Shown here piece by piece: positions 17,790 to 26,625 of a stretch of DNA of 64,000 nucleotides. The DNA lies in the NCBI GenBank assembly GCA_017306545.1, contig JAFKID010000012.1, positions 24,458 to 88,457 on the forward strand. The letters run 5' to 3'. The stretch's first letter is position 1; each line of letters starts with the position of its first letter. This DNA comes from Mesorhizobium sp. (GTDB taxonomy: Bacteria; Pseudomonadota; Alphaproteobacteria; Rhizobiales; Rhizobiaceae). Made by a program: the position numbers and the translations under genes. The notes below the pieces were generated by a model. It did no database searches. It was not told where the DNA came from and was given only the letters and a program-made list of their open reading frames with translations.

Positions 17790-18224
17790 ATGAGATCGCC
17801 ATCGGCCTCAGGGCAATTCCGGAAAGAGGGAAAAACGATTTCCCGTCCGGAATTGCGGGAAAAGAAGAAGCCGTGCTTCCGCCGGTCACGGCAGAGCGGA
17901 AACGCTCTCGGCAAGATATCGTGCGCCATCCTTGCGTCCGCACTGGCAGGCTGCGCGACGACGGGCAGCCCCGCAGGACCGGCGGCTTACGCCGACGCCA
18001 CCTGCGCCGATCTCAACGCGACGGTCGGCGCAACGTCGAAGGATATATCGGCGGCGGCCATCGGCCGCGGCAGGATCGACCGTTACAACGTGCCCTTCTG
18101 GGTGCCCGGCGGCCAAAGGGCGATCACCGCGCTGAAGGATCGGCAAAGCCGCAGGATCGACACGCTCGAGGACAGTCTTGCGGCACAGATCGCGGCGCGC
18201 CGGGGACGCTGTTCGGGCCCGTAG
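17790..18224 (+). CDS. putative lipoprotein, unknown function
   Basis: Lipobox LASALAGC|ATT. The true start is unclear and may be the TTG at the PELREKKK position. Confidence 0.45.
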   Translation: MRSPSASGQFRKEGKTISRPELREKKKPCFRRSRQSGNALGKISCAILASALAGCATTGSPAGPAAYADATCADLNATVGATSKDISAAAIGRGRIDRYNVPFWVPGGQRAITALKDRQSRRIDTLEDSLAAQIAARRGRCSGP

Positions 18225-18236
18225 GGGGAGGCTCCG

Positions 18237-20018
18237 CTACCCCTCGCCTGACAGATCCTTGCGCGCCTTGTCGAGTTCCTCGGCATAGCGGCGCATGAGA
18301 TGGCCTTCCGTCAGCAGGCCGACCACCTCTCGGTCGGTGAAATCCTTGACCACCGCCAGTTCCTCGGCCCCGGCGCGCCGAAAGGTCTCGGCCGCCGACT
18401 GCACGTTCATGGTCGGCACCAGCACGGCGTCGCGCACCCTCGCCAGAGTGAGGACGGTCGAATCCGGATTGGCCTGCTCGCTGTGCAGTTCGGCCACCAG
18501 CAGCATGCCCGCATAGCGCCCGTGGTCATCGACCGCCACGACGCGCTGCGCCGAGCCCAGCGGCACGGCCTTGCGGAATTCGGCCAGCGTGGTGGCGGCG
18601 GCAATGGTGGCGACGTCCTTGCGCATCATCGAGCCGACGGTGAGGCTGCGCATCCAGCCGACGTCGTTGGCGCTGCGGATCGTCTCGCCGCGCAGGTGGA
18701 AGCGCCAGGTCGAGAAGGAATAGCCGAACGTCTCGCGCACCAGCATCGCCGACATGATCGAGGCGGCCAGCACGACGCCGGAAAGCGTGATGTCGCGCGT
18801 CGATTCCAGCGCCATGAAGGTCATCGTCAGCGGCCCGCCGACGACGCCGACGGCGAGCGACGTCATGCCGACCACGGCGGCGACATCGGCGTCGAAGCCG
18901 CTGGCCGGGAAAAAGAAGACCATGACGCCGGCGAAGATCTTGCCCATCAACGCGCCGAGGAACAGCGAAGCAAAGAACAGTCCGCCGCGAAAGCCGGACC
19001 CGAGCGAGATGGCCGAGGCGGCGAGCTTGAGCAGGAAGACGCTGGCGATCACCGCCAGCCCGTAGTTCATGGCGAACTCCCGATGCAGCGCGCCGTGGCC
19101 GCTGGAAAGCACCTGCGGCGTCACCAGGCCGAGCAGGCCGACGATGCAGCCGCCGAGAAAAGGCCGCAGCGAAGCGTCGATCGAAAGCCGGGCGAACAGC
19201 CGCTCCACATTCGTCACAAAGTACATGATGGCGATGGATACGCCGCCGCCGACGAGGCCCAGCAGCAGGAACGGCACGTAGAGGCTGGGCGTCAGTTCCG
19301 GCAGGCCGCTGAGTTCCATCGGAAACGGTACGTTGCCGAACGTCTCCGCCGCCAGCGAGGCCGAGACGGCCGCGGCCATGACGGGCGCCACGTTGCCGAC
19401 GGAATAGGTCCCGATAATCAACTCGAAACCGTAGAAGGCGCCCGTCAACGGCGCGTCGAAGGCGGCGGCGATGGCGCCGGCGGCGCCGCAGCCGACCAGG
19501 ATGCGCACGTCGTTGCGCCGCAGTCTGAGCAGCCGCGCCAGCCGCGAGGCAAGGCCCGAGCCGACCTGCGTATAACCGGCCTCCAACCCGACCGAGGCAC
19601 CGAAGCCCGAGGAGATCATCGTCTGGCCGGCGATGATGAAGGTGTCGGTGAGCGACATGCGCCCGCCATAGAGCGCGTTGGCCTCGATCGGATCGATCGG
19701 CGTGCGGAATTTGCGCTTGCGCAGCCAGATCACGGTGAGGCCGAGCAGGATGCCGCCGGCCGCCGGCACCAGCGCCTGCGTCGGGCTTTGCAAGGAAAAC
19801 ATGCCCGACAGCCTGCCGCCCGGCTGGACGCCGAACAAAAGCACATGCAGGCCCTGCACCAAGGCGCTCATCGTCGTCACCAGCGCGCCGGCCATGACGC
19901 CAACCAGCCCGCCCAGCAGCACCACGACGATGCCCCGCGCCTCCAGGATCGGCAGCGAGCGCACGAACAATGCGCGCAGCCGGCGGGCTTGGACTGGGAG
20001 TTGTGCGGCTGATGGCAA
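18237..20018 (-). CDS. ClC-family chloride channel/antiporter with C-terminal CBS pair
   Basis: 593 aa. ClC motifs GSGLASR..., GCGAAGAIAAAFDAPLTGAFYGFELI and GFRGGLFFASLF, then two CBS-like repeats. The track start is TTG, so the start is uncertain. Confidence 0.9.
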   Translation of the reverse strand: MPSAAQLPVQARRLRALFVRSLPILEARGIVVVLLGGLVGVMAGALVTTMSALVQGLHVLLFGVQPGGRLSGMFSLQSPTQALVPAAGGILLGLTVIWLRKRKFRTPIDPIEANALYGGRMSLTDTFIIAGQTMISSGFGASVGLEAGYTQVGSGLASRLARLLRLRRNDVRILVGCGAAGAIAAAFDAPLTGAFYGFELIIGTYSVGNVAPVMAAAVSASLAAETFGNVPFPMELSGLPELTPSLYVPFLLLGLVGGGVSIAIMYFVTNVERLFARLSIDASLRPFLGGCIVGLLGLVTPQVLSSGHGALHREFAMNYGLAVIASVFLLKLAASAISLGSGFRGGLFFASLFLGALMGKIFAGVMVFFFPASGFDADVAAVVGMTSLAVGVVGGPLTMTFMALESTRDITLSGVVLAASIMSAMLVRETFGYSFSTWRFHLRGETIRSANDVGWMRSLTVGSMMRKDVATIAAATTLAEFRKAVPLGSAQRVVAVDDHGRYAGMLLVAELHSEQANPDSTVLTLARVRDAVLVPTMNVQSAAETFRRAGAEELAVVKDFTDREVVGLLTEGHLMRRYAEELDKARKDLSGEG

Positions 20019-20201
20019 CGGTCGGCTCGCGGAATTCCTGATCGATGGAGCCTGATACTTCGCTCCATCGTCCGTGACAACGCATGACTAGATCACGGTG
20101 AAGCGAGGCGCCCCATCCCCACCAACCCTCGCACAAGGTTGGCCGGCTAGGCTCGCAGGGTCGGGCATTCATGCCTTCGGACAAGGCCGGCGGAGACGAT
20201 A

Positions 20202-22289
20202 GTGGCGATCAGCGAAACCATCTCGGCGCGCGGCGTGGTCAAGAACGGCCGCGACATCTTCTTCGCCACCGGCATCGTCATCATCCTGGCGGTGCTTTTC
20301 CTGCCGATCCCGGCCTTCCTGATCGACATGGGCCTCGCCATTTCCATCGCGCTGTCGGTGCTGATCCTGATGGTGGCGCTGTGGATCGGGCGACCGCTCG
20401 ACTTTTCGTCCTTCCCGACGGTGCTGCTCATCGCCACCATGCTGCGCCTGTCGCTCAACATCGCCACCACGCGCATGATCCTGTCGCACGGCAACCAGGG
20501 CACGCACGCCGCCGGCTATGTCATCAGCGGCTTTTCCAGCCTGGTGATGAGCGGCGATTTCGTCATCGGCCTGATCGTCTTCCTGATCCTGATCGTGGTG
20601 AACTTCATCGTCATCACCAAGGGCGCCACCCGCATCGCCGAGGTGGGCGCCCGCTTCACCCTCGACGCCATACCCGGCAAGCAGATGTCGATCGACGCCG
20701 ACCTGTCGGCCGGCATGATCGACGACAAGACCGCGCAACTGCGCCGCCGCGAACTGGAGGAGGAGAGCTCCTTCTTCGGCTCCATGGACGGCGCCTCGAA
20801 ATTCGTGCGCGGCGACGCCATCGCCGGCCTGATCATCACCGCCATCAACATCGTCGGCGGCATCGCCATCGGCTATCTGCGCCACGACATGAGCCTCGGC
20901 CAAGCGGCCGACGTCTTCGTCAAGCTGTCGGTCGGCGACGGCCTGGTGACGCAGATCCCGGCCCTCATCGTCTCGCTGGCGGCTGGCCTGCTGGTTTCCA
21001 AGGGCGGCACGCGCGGCTCGGCCGACCAGGCCGTCTTCGGCCAGCTCGGCGCCTATCCGCGAGCCCCCTATGTCGCCGCGGCCCTTCTGGCGGTGCTGTC
21101 GCTGATGCCCGGCCTGCCGATGTTTCCGTTCCTGACGCTGGCCTGCGCCATGGCGGGCCTCGGCTATGTGGTTCCCCTCCAGCACAATCGCCGGATAGCG
21201 GCGGAGGAGGCGAGCAAGAAGCAGGAAGAGGCCGTCAAGGCCGAGGAAGAGAAGAACTCGGTCAAGGCCTCGCTCGCCACCGCCGAGATCGAGCTTCTGA
21301 TCGGCAAGCAGCTTTCGACCCGTCTCATCAGCGCGCATCAGGAACTCGCCTTCCGCATGAGCAAGATGCGGAAAAAATTCGCCACCCAATACGGCTTCGT
21401 CGTGCCGGAGGTGAAGCTGACCGACGATTTCGCCATTCCGCCGAAAAGCTACCAGATCAAGGTGCACGGCACGGTGGTCGCCGAACACCAGATGCGGGTC
21501 GGCGAGTTGATGGTGCTGCTCGGCAACCGCGACATCCCCGACATTCCGGGCGAGGAAGTGCGCGAGCCCGCCTTCGGCATGCGCGCCTATTCGGTGATGG
21601 AAACCTTCGCCGAAGACTTGAAGCGCGAACAGTTCACCTATGCCGACAACATGTCGGTGCTGCTCACCCATCTCTCCGAGGTGATCCGCAACAACCTGCC
21701 GCAGCTTCTCTCCTACAAGGACATGAAGGCGCTGCTGGAACGACAGGACCCCGAATACCGCAAGCTGGCGGACGAGGTGTGCACGCAGCACATCTCCTAT
21801 CCGGGCCTGCAAGCGGTGCTGAAATTGCTGCTCGCCGAGCGCGTCTCGATCCGCAACCTGCACCTGATCATCGAGGCGATCGCCGAGATCGCGCCGCACG
21901 TGCGCCGCACCGAGCAGATCGTCGAGCACGTGCGCGTTCGGATGGCGCAGCAGATTTGCGGCGACCTCACCGAAGGCGGCGTGCTCAAGGTGCTGCGCCT
22001 CGGCAACCGCTGGGACCTCGCCTTCCATCAAAGCCTCAAGCGCGATGCCAAGGGCGAGGTGCGCGAGTTCGACATCGACCCGCGCCAGCTCGAGGAATTC
22101 GGCCAGGAGGCGACCAAGGCGATCCGCAAGCATCTGGAGGCCGGCGAGCGCTTCGTCCTCGTCACCGCGCCGGACGCCCGGCCCTATGTGCGCATGATCG
22201 TCGAACGCCTGTTCACTACCCTGCCGGTGCTCTCACACGTCGAAATCGCCAAGGGCGTCGAGATCCGGGTGCTGGGGACGATCTCGTGA
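20202..22289 (+). CDS. flhA: flagellar export apparatus protein FlhA
   Basis: 695 aa. FHIPEP signatures ([44 protein letters not shown]). GTG start preceded by GGAGACG. Confidence 0.97.
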   Translation: MAISETISARGVVKNGRDIFFATGIVIILAVLFLPIPAFLIDMGLAISIALSVLILMVALWIGRPLDFSSFPTVLLIATMLRLSLNIATTRMILSHGNQGTHAAGYVISGFSSLVMSGDFVIGLIVFLILIVVNFIVITKGATRIAEVGARFTLDAIPGKQMSIDADLSAGMIDDKTAQLRRRELEEESSFFGSMDGASKFVRGDAIAGLIITAINIVGGIAIGYLRHDMSLGQAADVFVKLSVGDGLVTQIPALIVSLAAGLLVSKGGTRGSADQAVFGQLGAYPRAPYVAAALLAVLSLMPGLPMFPFLTLACAMAGLGYVVPLQHNRRIAAEEASKKQEEAVKAEEEKNSVKASLATAEIELLIGKQLSTRLISAHQELAFRMSKMRKKFATQYGFVVPEVKLTDDFAIPPKSYQIKVHGTVVAEHQMRVGELMVLLGNRDIPDIPGEEVREPAFGMRAYSVMETFAEDLKREQFTYADNMSVLLTHLSEVIRNNLPQLLSYKDMKALLERQDPEYRKLADEVCTQHISYPGLQAVLKLLLAERVSIRNLHLIIEAIAEIAPHVRRTEQIVEHVRVRMAQQICGDLTEGGVLKVLRLGNRWDLAFHQSLKRDAKGEVREFDIDPRQLEEFGQEATKAIRKHLEAGERFVLVTAPDARPYVRMIVERLFTTLPVLSHVEIAKGVEIRVLGTIS

Positions 22290-22307
22290 TGGTATTTGGA
22301 AACGACG

Positions 22308-22410
22308 GCGCGCCCCCACCCCTAACCCCTCCCCACAAGGGGGAGGGGGAACTGCCGCGTGCCTGGTTCCCCTCCCCCTTGTGGGGAGGGGTTAGGGGTG
22401 GGGGCGCGCC
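22308..22410. repeat. REP/RIME-like double palindrome
   Basis: Two inverted copies of a 43-44-nt unit (GCGCGCCCCCACCCCTAACCCCTCCCCACAAGGGGGAGGGG(G)AA) separated by 15 nt, differing by one G indel. Each unit contains its own 9-bp hairpin CCCCTCCCC/GGGGAGGGG. Confidence 0.85.
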
Positions 22411-22437
22411 GCGCGGTTATCGCTACACAAAAGTCCC

Positions 22438-23199
22438 GTGACCCCCCTCTCCGCCCTTACCCAGACCAGCATCCTGGCGGCGTTCCTCGCCTTCTGCCGC
22501 ATCGGTGCGTGCTTCATGATGATGCCGGGCCTGTCCAGCGCGCGCGTGCCGATGCAGGTGCGCCTGTTCACCGCCGTCGCCGCCACCATCGGCCTGCTCA
22601 CCTTCCTGTGGGACCGGATCTATCCCTTCGTCGATCCGCGTCCGGCGGTGCTGGTGCCGATGATCGCCTCCGAACTACTGGTCGGCGGGCTGATCGGCAT
22701 CATGACCCGGCTCTATATGCAGGCCATGCGCTTCATCGGCGCCGGGCTCGGCATGCTCATCGGTTTCAACACGGCCGGCGGCACCGCCATCGAGGAAGCC
22801 GAACCGCAAACGCCGCTCGCCGAGCTGATTTCGCTCTCGGCGCTGCTCGTGCTGTTCGCCTTCGATTTCCACCACGACATCATCCGCGCCCTGGTCGCCT
22901 CCTATTCGGTCGCGCCGCTCAACGTCTTCTTCAATCCGCAGGCGGCTCTGGTCGATGTGACGGACACCCTCTCAGACGCCTTCTTCCTCGTCATCCGCCT
23001 CGGCAGCCCGTTCATCGCCTATGCCCTGCTGGTCAACCTGACGGTCGGCTTCGTCAACAAGCTGACGCCGCAAATTCCCGTCTACTTCATCGCGCAACCG
23101 CTCATCATCGGCGGCGGCATCATCCTGTTCTACTTCGCCGTCGGCACCATGCTGTCGTTGTTCGCCGACGGTTTCATCGACATGGCGCTGTCGAGATAG
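22438..23199 (+). CDS. fliR: flagellar export apparatus protein FliR
   Basis: 253 aa, polytopic, with a FliR-like N-terminus (AAFLAFCRIGACFMMMPGLSS). GTG start with no clear SD. Confidence 0.88.
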   Translation: MTPLSALTQTSILAAFLAFCRIGACFMMMPGLSSARVPMQVRLFTAVAATIGLLTFLWDRIYPFVDPRPAVLVPMIASELLVGGLIGIMTRLYMQAMRFIGAGLGMLIGFNTAGGTAIEEAEPQTPLAELISLSALLVLFAFDFHHDIIRALVASYSVAPLNVFFNPQAALVDVTDTLSDAFFLVIRLGSPFIAYALLVNLTVGFVNKLTPQIPVYFIAQPLIIGGGIILFYFAVGTMLSLFADGFIDMALSR

Positions 23200-23201
23200 C
23201 C

Positions 23202-23585
23202 ATGGCGACGCGCAGGGACAGGCTGAAGAAACTGGTCGAGGTGCAGGAGCAGCTGAAGGCGCTGCATGAGACGCGCCGTGCCGGCTTCCTGGCCGACGCC
23301 GCCGCCGCGCAGCAGGACGCCGAGGCTCTCGCCAGGCGCTTCGACGCCGAGGATTCGCTGGCTGCACTTTTCCCCGAACTCTACCACAACCGCATCGCCG
23401 GCGCCTTGAAGCGGCGCGAAGAAAGCCTGCAAAACGCCCGCGCCGAGGCCGGGCTGGTTGCCACCGCGACGGCCCGCGCCAACATGGTGGAGCGCGCCTA
23501 CAAGGCGGCGCGTGCCGACGACGAGCGCCAGCGCGGCGACCGCGAACGGCTGGACATCATCGAGCAGGCACGGCGCAAGGACTAA
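23202..23585 (+). CDS. coiled-coil protein of flagellar cluster (FliJ-like by composition only)
   Basis: 127 aa, Ala/Arg/Glu-rich and helical. The ATG is 2 nt after the fliR stop. It is the last segment of track ORF 22359..23585. Confidence 0.55.
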   Translation: MATRRDRLKKLVEVQEQLKALHETRRAGFLADAAAAQQDAEALARRFDAEDSLAALFPELYHNRIAGALKRREESLQNARAEAGLVATATARANMVERAYKAARADDERQRGDRERLDIIEQARRKD

Positions 23586-23652
23586 GAGCCCTTTTGAAAA
23601 ACCGTCAGCCGCCGTTTGCAGCCCCGCCTGACGGAATTTTCAAAAGGGCTCT
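23585..23652. repeat. 68-nt near-perfect inverted repeat (long hairpin)
   Basis: AGAGCCCTTTTGAAAA/TTTTCAAAAGGGCTCT (16 bp) plus CCGTCAG/CTGACGG (7 bp), separated by a small internal loop. The apical loop is 19 nt. Confidence 0.85.
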
Positions 23653-23717
23653 GAGACTTATTCCCGCGCACGCCAGTCGATCCCCCGTAAGCCTGCGGCA
23701 AGCTTGTTGGGCGATGA

Positions 23718-24302
23718 TTGGCTGGCGAAACAGTAGAAGGCCCGACCCGCTTGGCGATCTCCCCTCCCTCCGACATCGTGCTCGACGTCGCCCGCGCCGC
23801 CGGCCCGGCCGACATCGAGGCGGCTCGCGCCGCGCTGACGACGCGGGCGGGCGGTGCCGCAGCGCCTGGCGAAACCTTCACGGTCGAGGACGCCGGCGCC
23901 GCCCGCACGACCGGCCGCCCTGCCGCCGACCCGGCCAAGAACTACCAGCGCTTCGAGGCCATGGTGCTGCAAACCTTCATCCAGTCGATGATGCCGAAGG
24001 ACACCGAGTCCGTCTACGGCAAGGGACTGGCGGGCGACATGTGGAAATCGCAGCTCGCCGAGCGCCTTGCCGACGTGATGGCCGAGCGCGGCGGCATCGG
24101 CATCGCCAAGAAGATGCTGGCCGATCATTATCTCGAGGGCAAGCGCGTGGTCCCGGTCGGCGCCGTCTCCGGCGGAGCCGACCAGGCGGCGCTCGACAAG
24201 CAGGCGCAGCTTTCCACCTCGCTCGTCCACGAATTGCAGCTCCGCATGGTCCGCTCGCTGAGCGACGATCCGGCGGCAGCCGCGCCTGCAACGAAGATCT
24301 AG
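23718..24302 (+). CDS. flgJ: rod-binding protein (FlgJ N-terminal-domain-only type)
   Basis: Rod_binding-like core (YQRFEAMVLQTFIQSMMPKD...GDMWKSQLAERLADVMAERGGIGIAKKM). There is no muramidase domain. TTG start is uncertain. Confidence 0.72.
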   Translation: MAGETVEGPTRLAISPPSDIVLDVARAAGPADIEAARAALTTRAGGAAAPGETFTVEDAGAARTTGRPAADPAKNYQRFEAMVLQTFIQSMMPKDTESVYGKGLAGDMWKSQLAERLADVMAERGGIGIAKKMLADHYLEGKRVVPVGAVSGGADQAALDKQAQLSTSLVHELQLRMVRSLSDDPAAAAPATKI

Positions 24303-24311
24303 TAGGAAACC

Positions 24312-24728
24312 ATGGCCGATTTCTCCGAATTCACCTCGAACTTGCCCGCCACCGGCGAACCGCAGGCAAACCAGGCCCGGCCCGGCAACCTCGCCGCCGT
24401 CATCGGCCGCATCGAGGAGGTGATCGACGCCGAAACGGTGGGCATCCGCTCCGGCGTTTCCTACGATCTCAAGGCGTCGAACGCCCGCAAGAGCCGCTAC
24501 CTCTATGAATTGAACCGCGCCATGAAAGGCATCGGCCAGGCCGAATTCGTGGCCGAGCATCGCGACGGCCTGACGCGGCTGCGCCAAAAGCTCGTCAGGA
24601 ACGAAGCGGCGATCCTCGCCCACCTCAACGCCGTCAACGAGGTCGCCACCCTGCTCAGGAACGCCATCCAGACCGCCGAGGCGGACGGCACCTATTCGGC
24701 CGGCGAATTCGGCTGGGCGCGCACGTGA
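24312..24728 (+). CDS. conserved hypothetical of flagellar cluster (FlgN-like chaperone is only a guess)
   Basis: 138 aa, helical and soluble, tightly packed between the flgJ-like and fliL-like genes. Confidence 0.55.
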   Translation: MADFSEFTSNLPATGEPQANQARPGNLAAVIGRIEEVIDAETVGIRSGVSYDLKASNARKSRYLYELNRAMKGIGQAEFVAEHRDGLTRLRQKLVRNEAAILAHLNAVNEVATLLRNAIQTAEADGTYSAGEFGWART

Positions 24729-24735
24729 GACGCGC

Positions 24736-25254
24736 ATGATCAAGTTCGTCATCGCCGCCGTCTGGATCTGCATCGCGACCGCCGGGGCGGCGATCTATTC
24801 GTTCCAGAACGCCGGCAAGGAGGCGGACGCCGCGCCCAAGCCGCTGCTCGGCGGCCTCGACTACCTCAACACCGACATGATCTCGGTGCCGCTCATCGAG
24901 CACGCCACCATCAAGGGCTATTTCCTGACCAAGCTGGTCTACACCGTCGAGCCGGCCGAAATGGCGAAGCTATCGGTACCCGCAACGGCTCTGATGACCG
25001 ACCAGGTCTATTCCTATCTCTACTCCAACCCGCAGATCGACTTCACCAAGACCGCCAGCCTCGACCTCGACGCTTTCCGCAAGAACATCCGCGAGACGAT
25101 CAACGGCCGCATCGGCGCCGATATCGTCAAGGACGTGCTGATCGACCAGGTGAATTTCCTGTCGCAGGACGAAATCCGCGACAACGCCATCAATCGCCGG
25201 GAAAGCCCCGGTCGCGTCGCCCAACCGGCGCCCAAGGAAGCTGCCGAACATTGA
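24736..25254 (+). CDS. FliL-like flagellar basal-body-associated protein
   Basis: 172 aa. It has a single N-terminal TM segment (FVIAAVWICIATAGAAIY) and then a periplasmic domain with FliL-like layout. Confidence 0.6.
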   Translation: MIKFVIAAVWICIATAGAAIYSFQNAGKEADAAPKPLLGGLDYLNTDMISVPLIEHATIKGYFLTKLVYTVEPAEMAKLSVPATALMTDQVYSYLYSNPQIDFTKTASLDLDAFRKNIRETINGRIGADIVKDVLIDQVNFLSQDEIRDNAINRRESPGRVAQPAPKEAAEH

Positions 25255-25268
25255 ACCGCGCCGCAGCA

Positions 25269-25296
25269 GCCTCGCTCACGGCGAGGCCGCATTTTA
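25269..25296. terminator. hairpin between convergent genes
   Basis: GCCTCGC/GCGAGGC stem with a 5-nt loop, then CGCATTTTA. It lies between the fliL-like gene (+) and the epimerase gene (-). Confidence 0.5.
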
Positions 25297-25305
25297 CCGC
25301 TGGCC

Positions 25306-26271
25306 TCAGGCCGCGGCCCCGTCCTCGATATGGGCGCGGATGATCTCGTCAAAGCTCTGTTCCGCGACGAAGCCCAGGTCGCGCGCGCGCCGCGCCTCGA
25401 ACCGGGTCGGCCAGTTCTTCACGATCGCCCACACTGCCTCGTCCGGCTGCTCGCGGATCAGCGCCACCGCCTTCGCCCCGGCAATGCGGCCCAGCGCCTC
25501 GATCTGTTCGCCGACGCTGACGGCGACGCCCGGCATGGTGAGGTTGCGGCGCGGCCCAACCCTGTCGCCGTCGATTTCGGCGGCATGGATGAGGAAATTC
25601 ACCGCTGAGCGCGGGCTGGCATGGGTATGCACGACCGAGCGCGGCACCGGCAGCACCGCCTCCTGCCCGGCCAGCGGTTCGCGGACAATGCCGGAAAAGA
25701 AGCCGGAGGCCGCCTTGTTGGGCTTGCCCGGCCTGACGCAGATGGTCGGCAGGCGGATGCCGATACCGTCGAAGAACCCGCGCCGCGTATAGTCGGCCAA
25801 CAGTACCTCGCCGATCAGCTTCTGGGTGCCGTAGGAGGTGAGCGGCGTCGGATGGAACTCGTCCGGAATCACGTCCGGAAACGGCGCGCCGAACACGGCG
25901 ATGGAGGAGGTGTAAACGACGCGCGGCGCATGGCCGGCCAGCCGCACGGCGTCGAACAGGCCCCGCGTGCCGTCGAGATTGACGCGGTAGCCAAGCTCGA
26001 AATTGGCTTCCGCCTCGCCGGAGACGACGCCGGCGAGATGGAAGACGACGTCGGGCCTGGCGGCGGCCAGTTGCTCGGCAACGCCTTCGCGCGCCAGGTC
26101 GCTGGCATGGATATTGACCTCCGCGCCGTCGATGCCCGGCTTTTGCGCCGGCACGATGTCGTGCAGGTCGAGCGCGGTGATCCTGCGCCCCCACAAGGTC
26201 CCGTCATGCGCCAGGCGTTCGATCAGCTTGCGGCCGACCATGCCGGCCGCGCCGGTTACGAGGATGCGCAT
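25306..26271 (-). CDS. NAD-dependent epimerase/dehydratase family protein
   Basis: 321 aa with the N-terminal Rossmann motif MRILVTGAAGMVGRKL and extended-SDR layout. Confidence 0.85.
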   Translation of the reverse strand: MRILVTGAAGMVGRKLIERLAHDGTLWGRRITALDLHDIVPAQKPGIDGAEVNIHASDLAREGVAEQLAAARPDVVFHLAGVVSGEAEANFELGYRVNLDGTRGLFDAVRLAGHAPRVVYTSSIAVFGAPFPDVIPDEFHPTPLTSYGTQKLIGEVLLADYTRRGFFDGIGIRLPTICVRPGKPNKAASGFFSGIVREPLAGQEAVLPVPRSVVHTHASPRSAVNFLIHAAEIDGDRVGPRRNLTMPGVAVSVGEQIEALGRIAGAKAVALIREQPDEAVWAIVKNWPTRFEARRARDLGFVAEQSFDEIIRAHIEDGAAA

Positions 26272-26480
26272 TAGCGGCCTGCCTTTCTATGCTGCGCGCG
26301 GCTGCGCAGCCACAGCACGATGAAGAAAGCCATGACGAACGTCATCGCGACGGCCACCGCGAGCAAGGGGGACACCCCGCCGACCGCCAGCATGATCGTC
26401 GGCAGCCAGTAGGCGACGACGCCGAAGCCCAGCACGATCACCAGCGCGGCAACGGCCGCTTTCTTGTTTTCAGGCTCCAT
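26271..26480 (-). CDS. small two-TM membrane protein
   Basis: 69 aa counted from the ATG preceded by GGAGAG. The TAA stop shares one base with the epimerase ATG (TAATG). Confidence 0.5.
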   Translation of the reverse strand: MEPENKKAAVAALVIVLGFGVVAYWLPTIMLAVGGVSPLLAVAVAMTFVMAFFIVLWLRSRAQHRKAGR

Positions 26481-26625
26481 GGCGGCTCTCCGGTCCAAAC
26501 CCGCACGCTCCTATAAGGGCGTTATGCCGATCCGGCTAGAGCGGTCCCGGCTTTTACCGCATCGGCGAAACCGCTCTGTCCCTCCGTTTCGGCCACATGT
26601 CCGGCCTTCGCTTGCCGGAATTGTC

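Noticed and set aside
20043-20070. Hairpin CGATGGAGC-N10-GCTCCATCG with GAUGG/CUGAU strings near the ClC gene, reminiscent of a fluoride (crcB) riboswitch.
   Set aside because: It is a simple stem-loop without the crcB pseudoknot or conserved core. Its best reading is on the strand opposite the ClC gene. The ClC protein is a long CBS-containing type, not a short ClC-F fluoride exporter.
22290-22441. Coding potential across the flhA-fliR spacer (tail of track ORF 20171..22441, translation ...PPHKGEGELPRAWFPSPLWGGVRGGG).
   Set aside because: The translation is produced by the REP-like palindrome, whose mirror-image peptide appears on both arms. It is out of frame with flhA.
22359-23585. 408-aa ORF spanning fliR.
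   Set aside because: The first 281 codons are an out-of-frame read through fliR. Only the last 127 codons (23202..23585) look like a gene.
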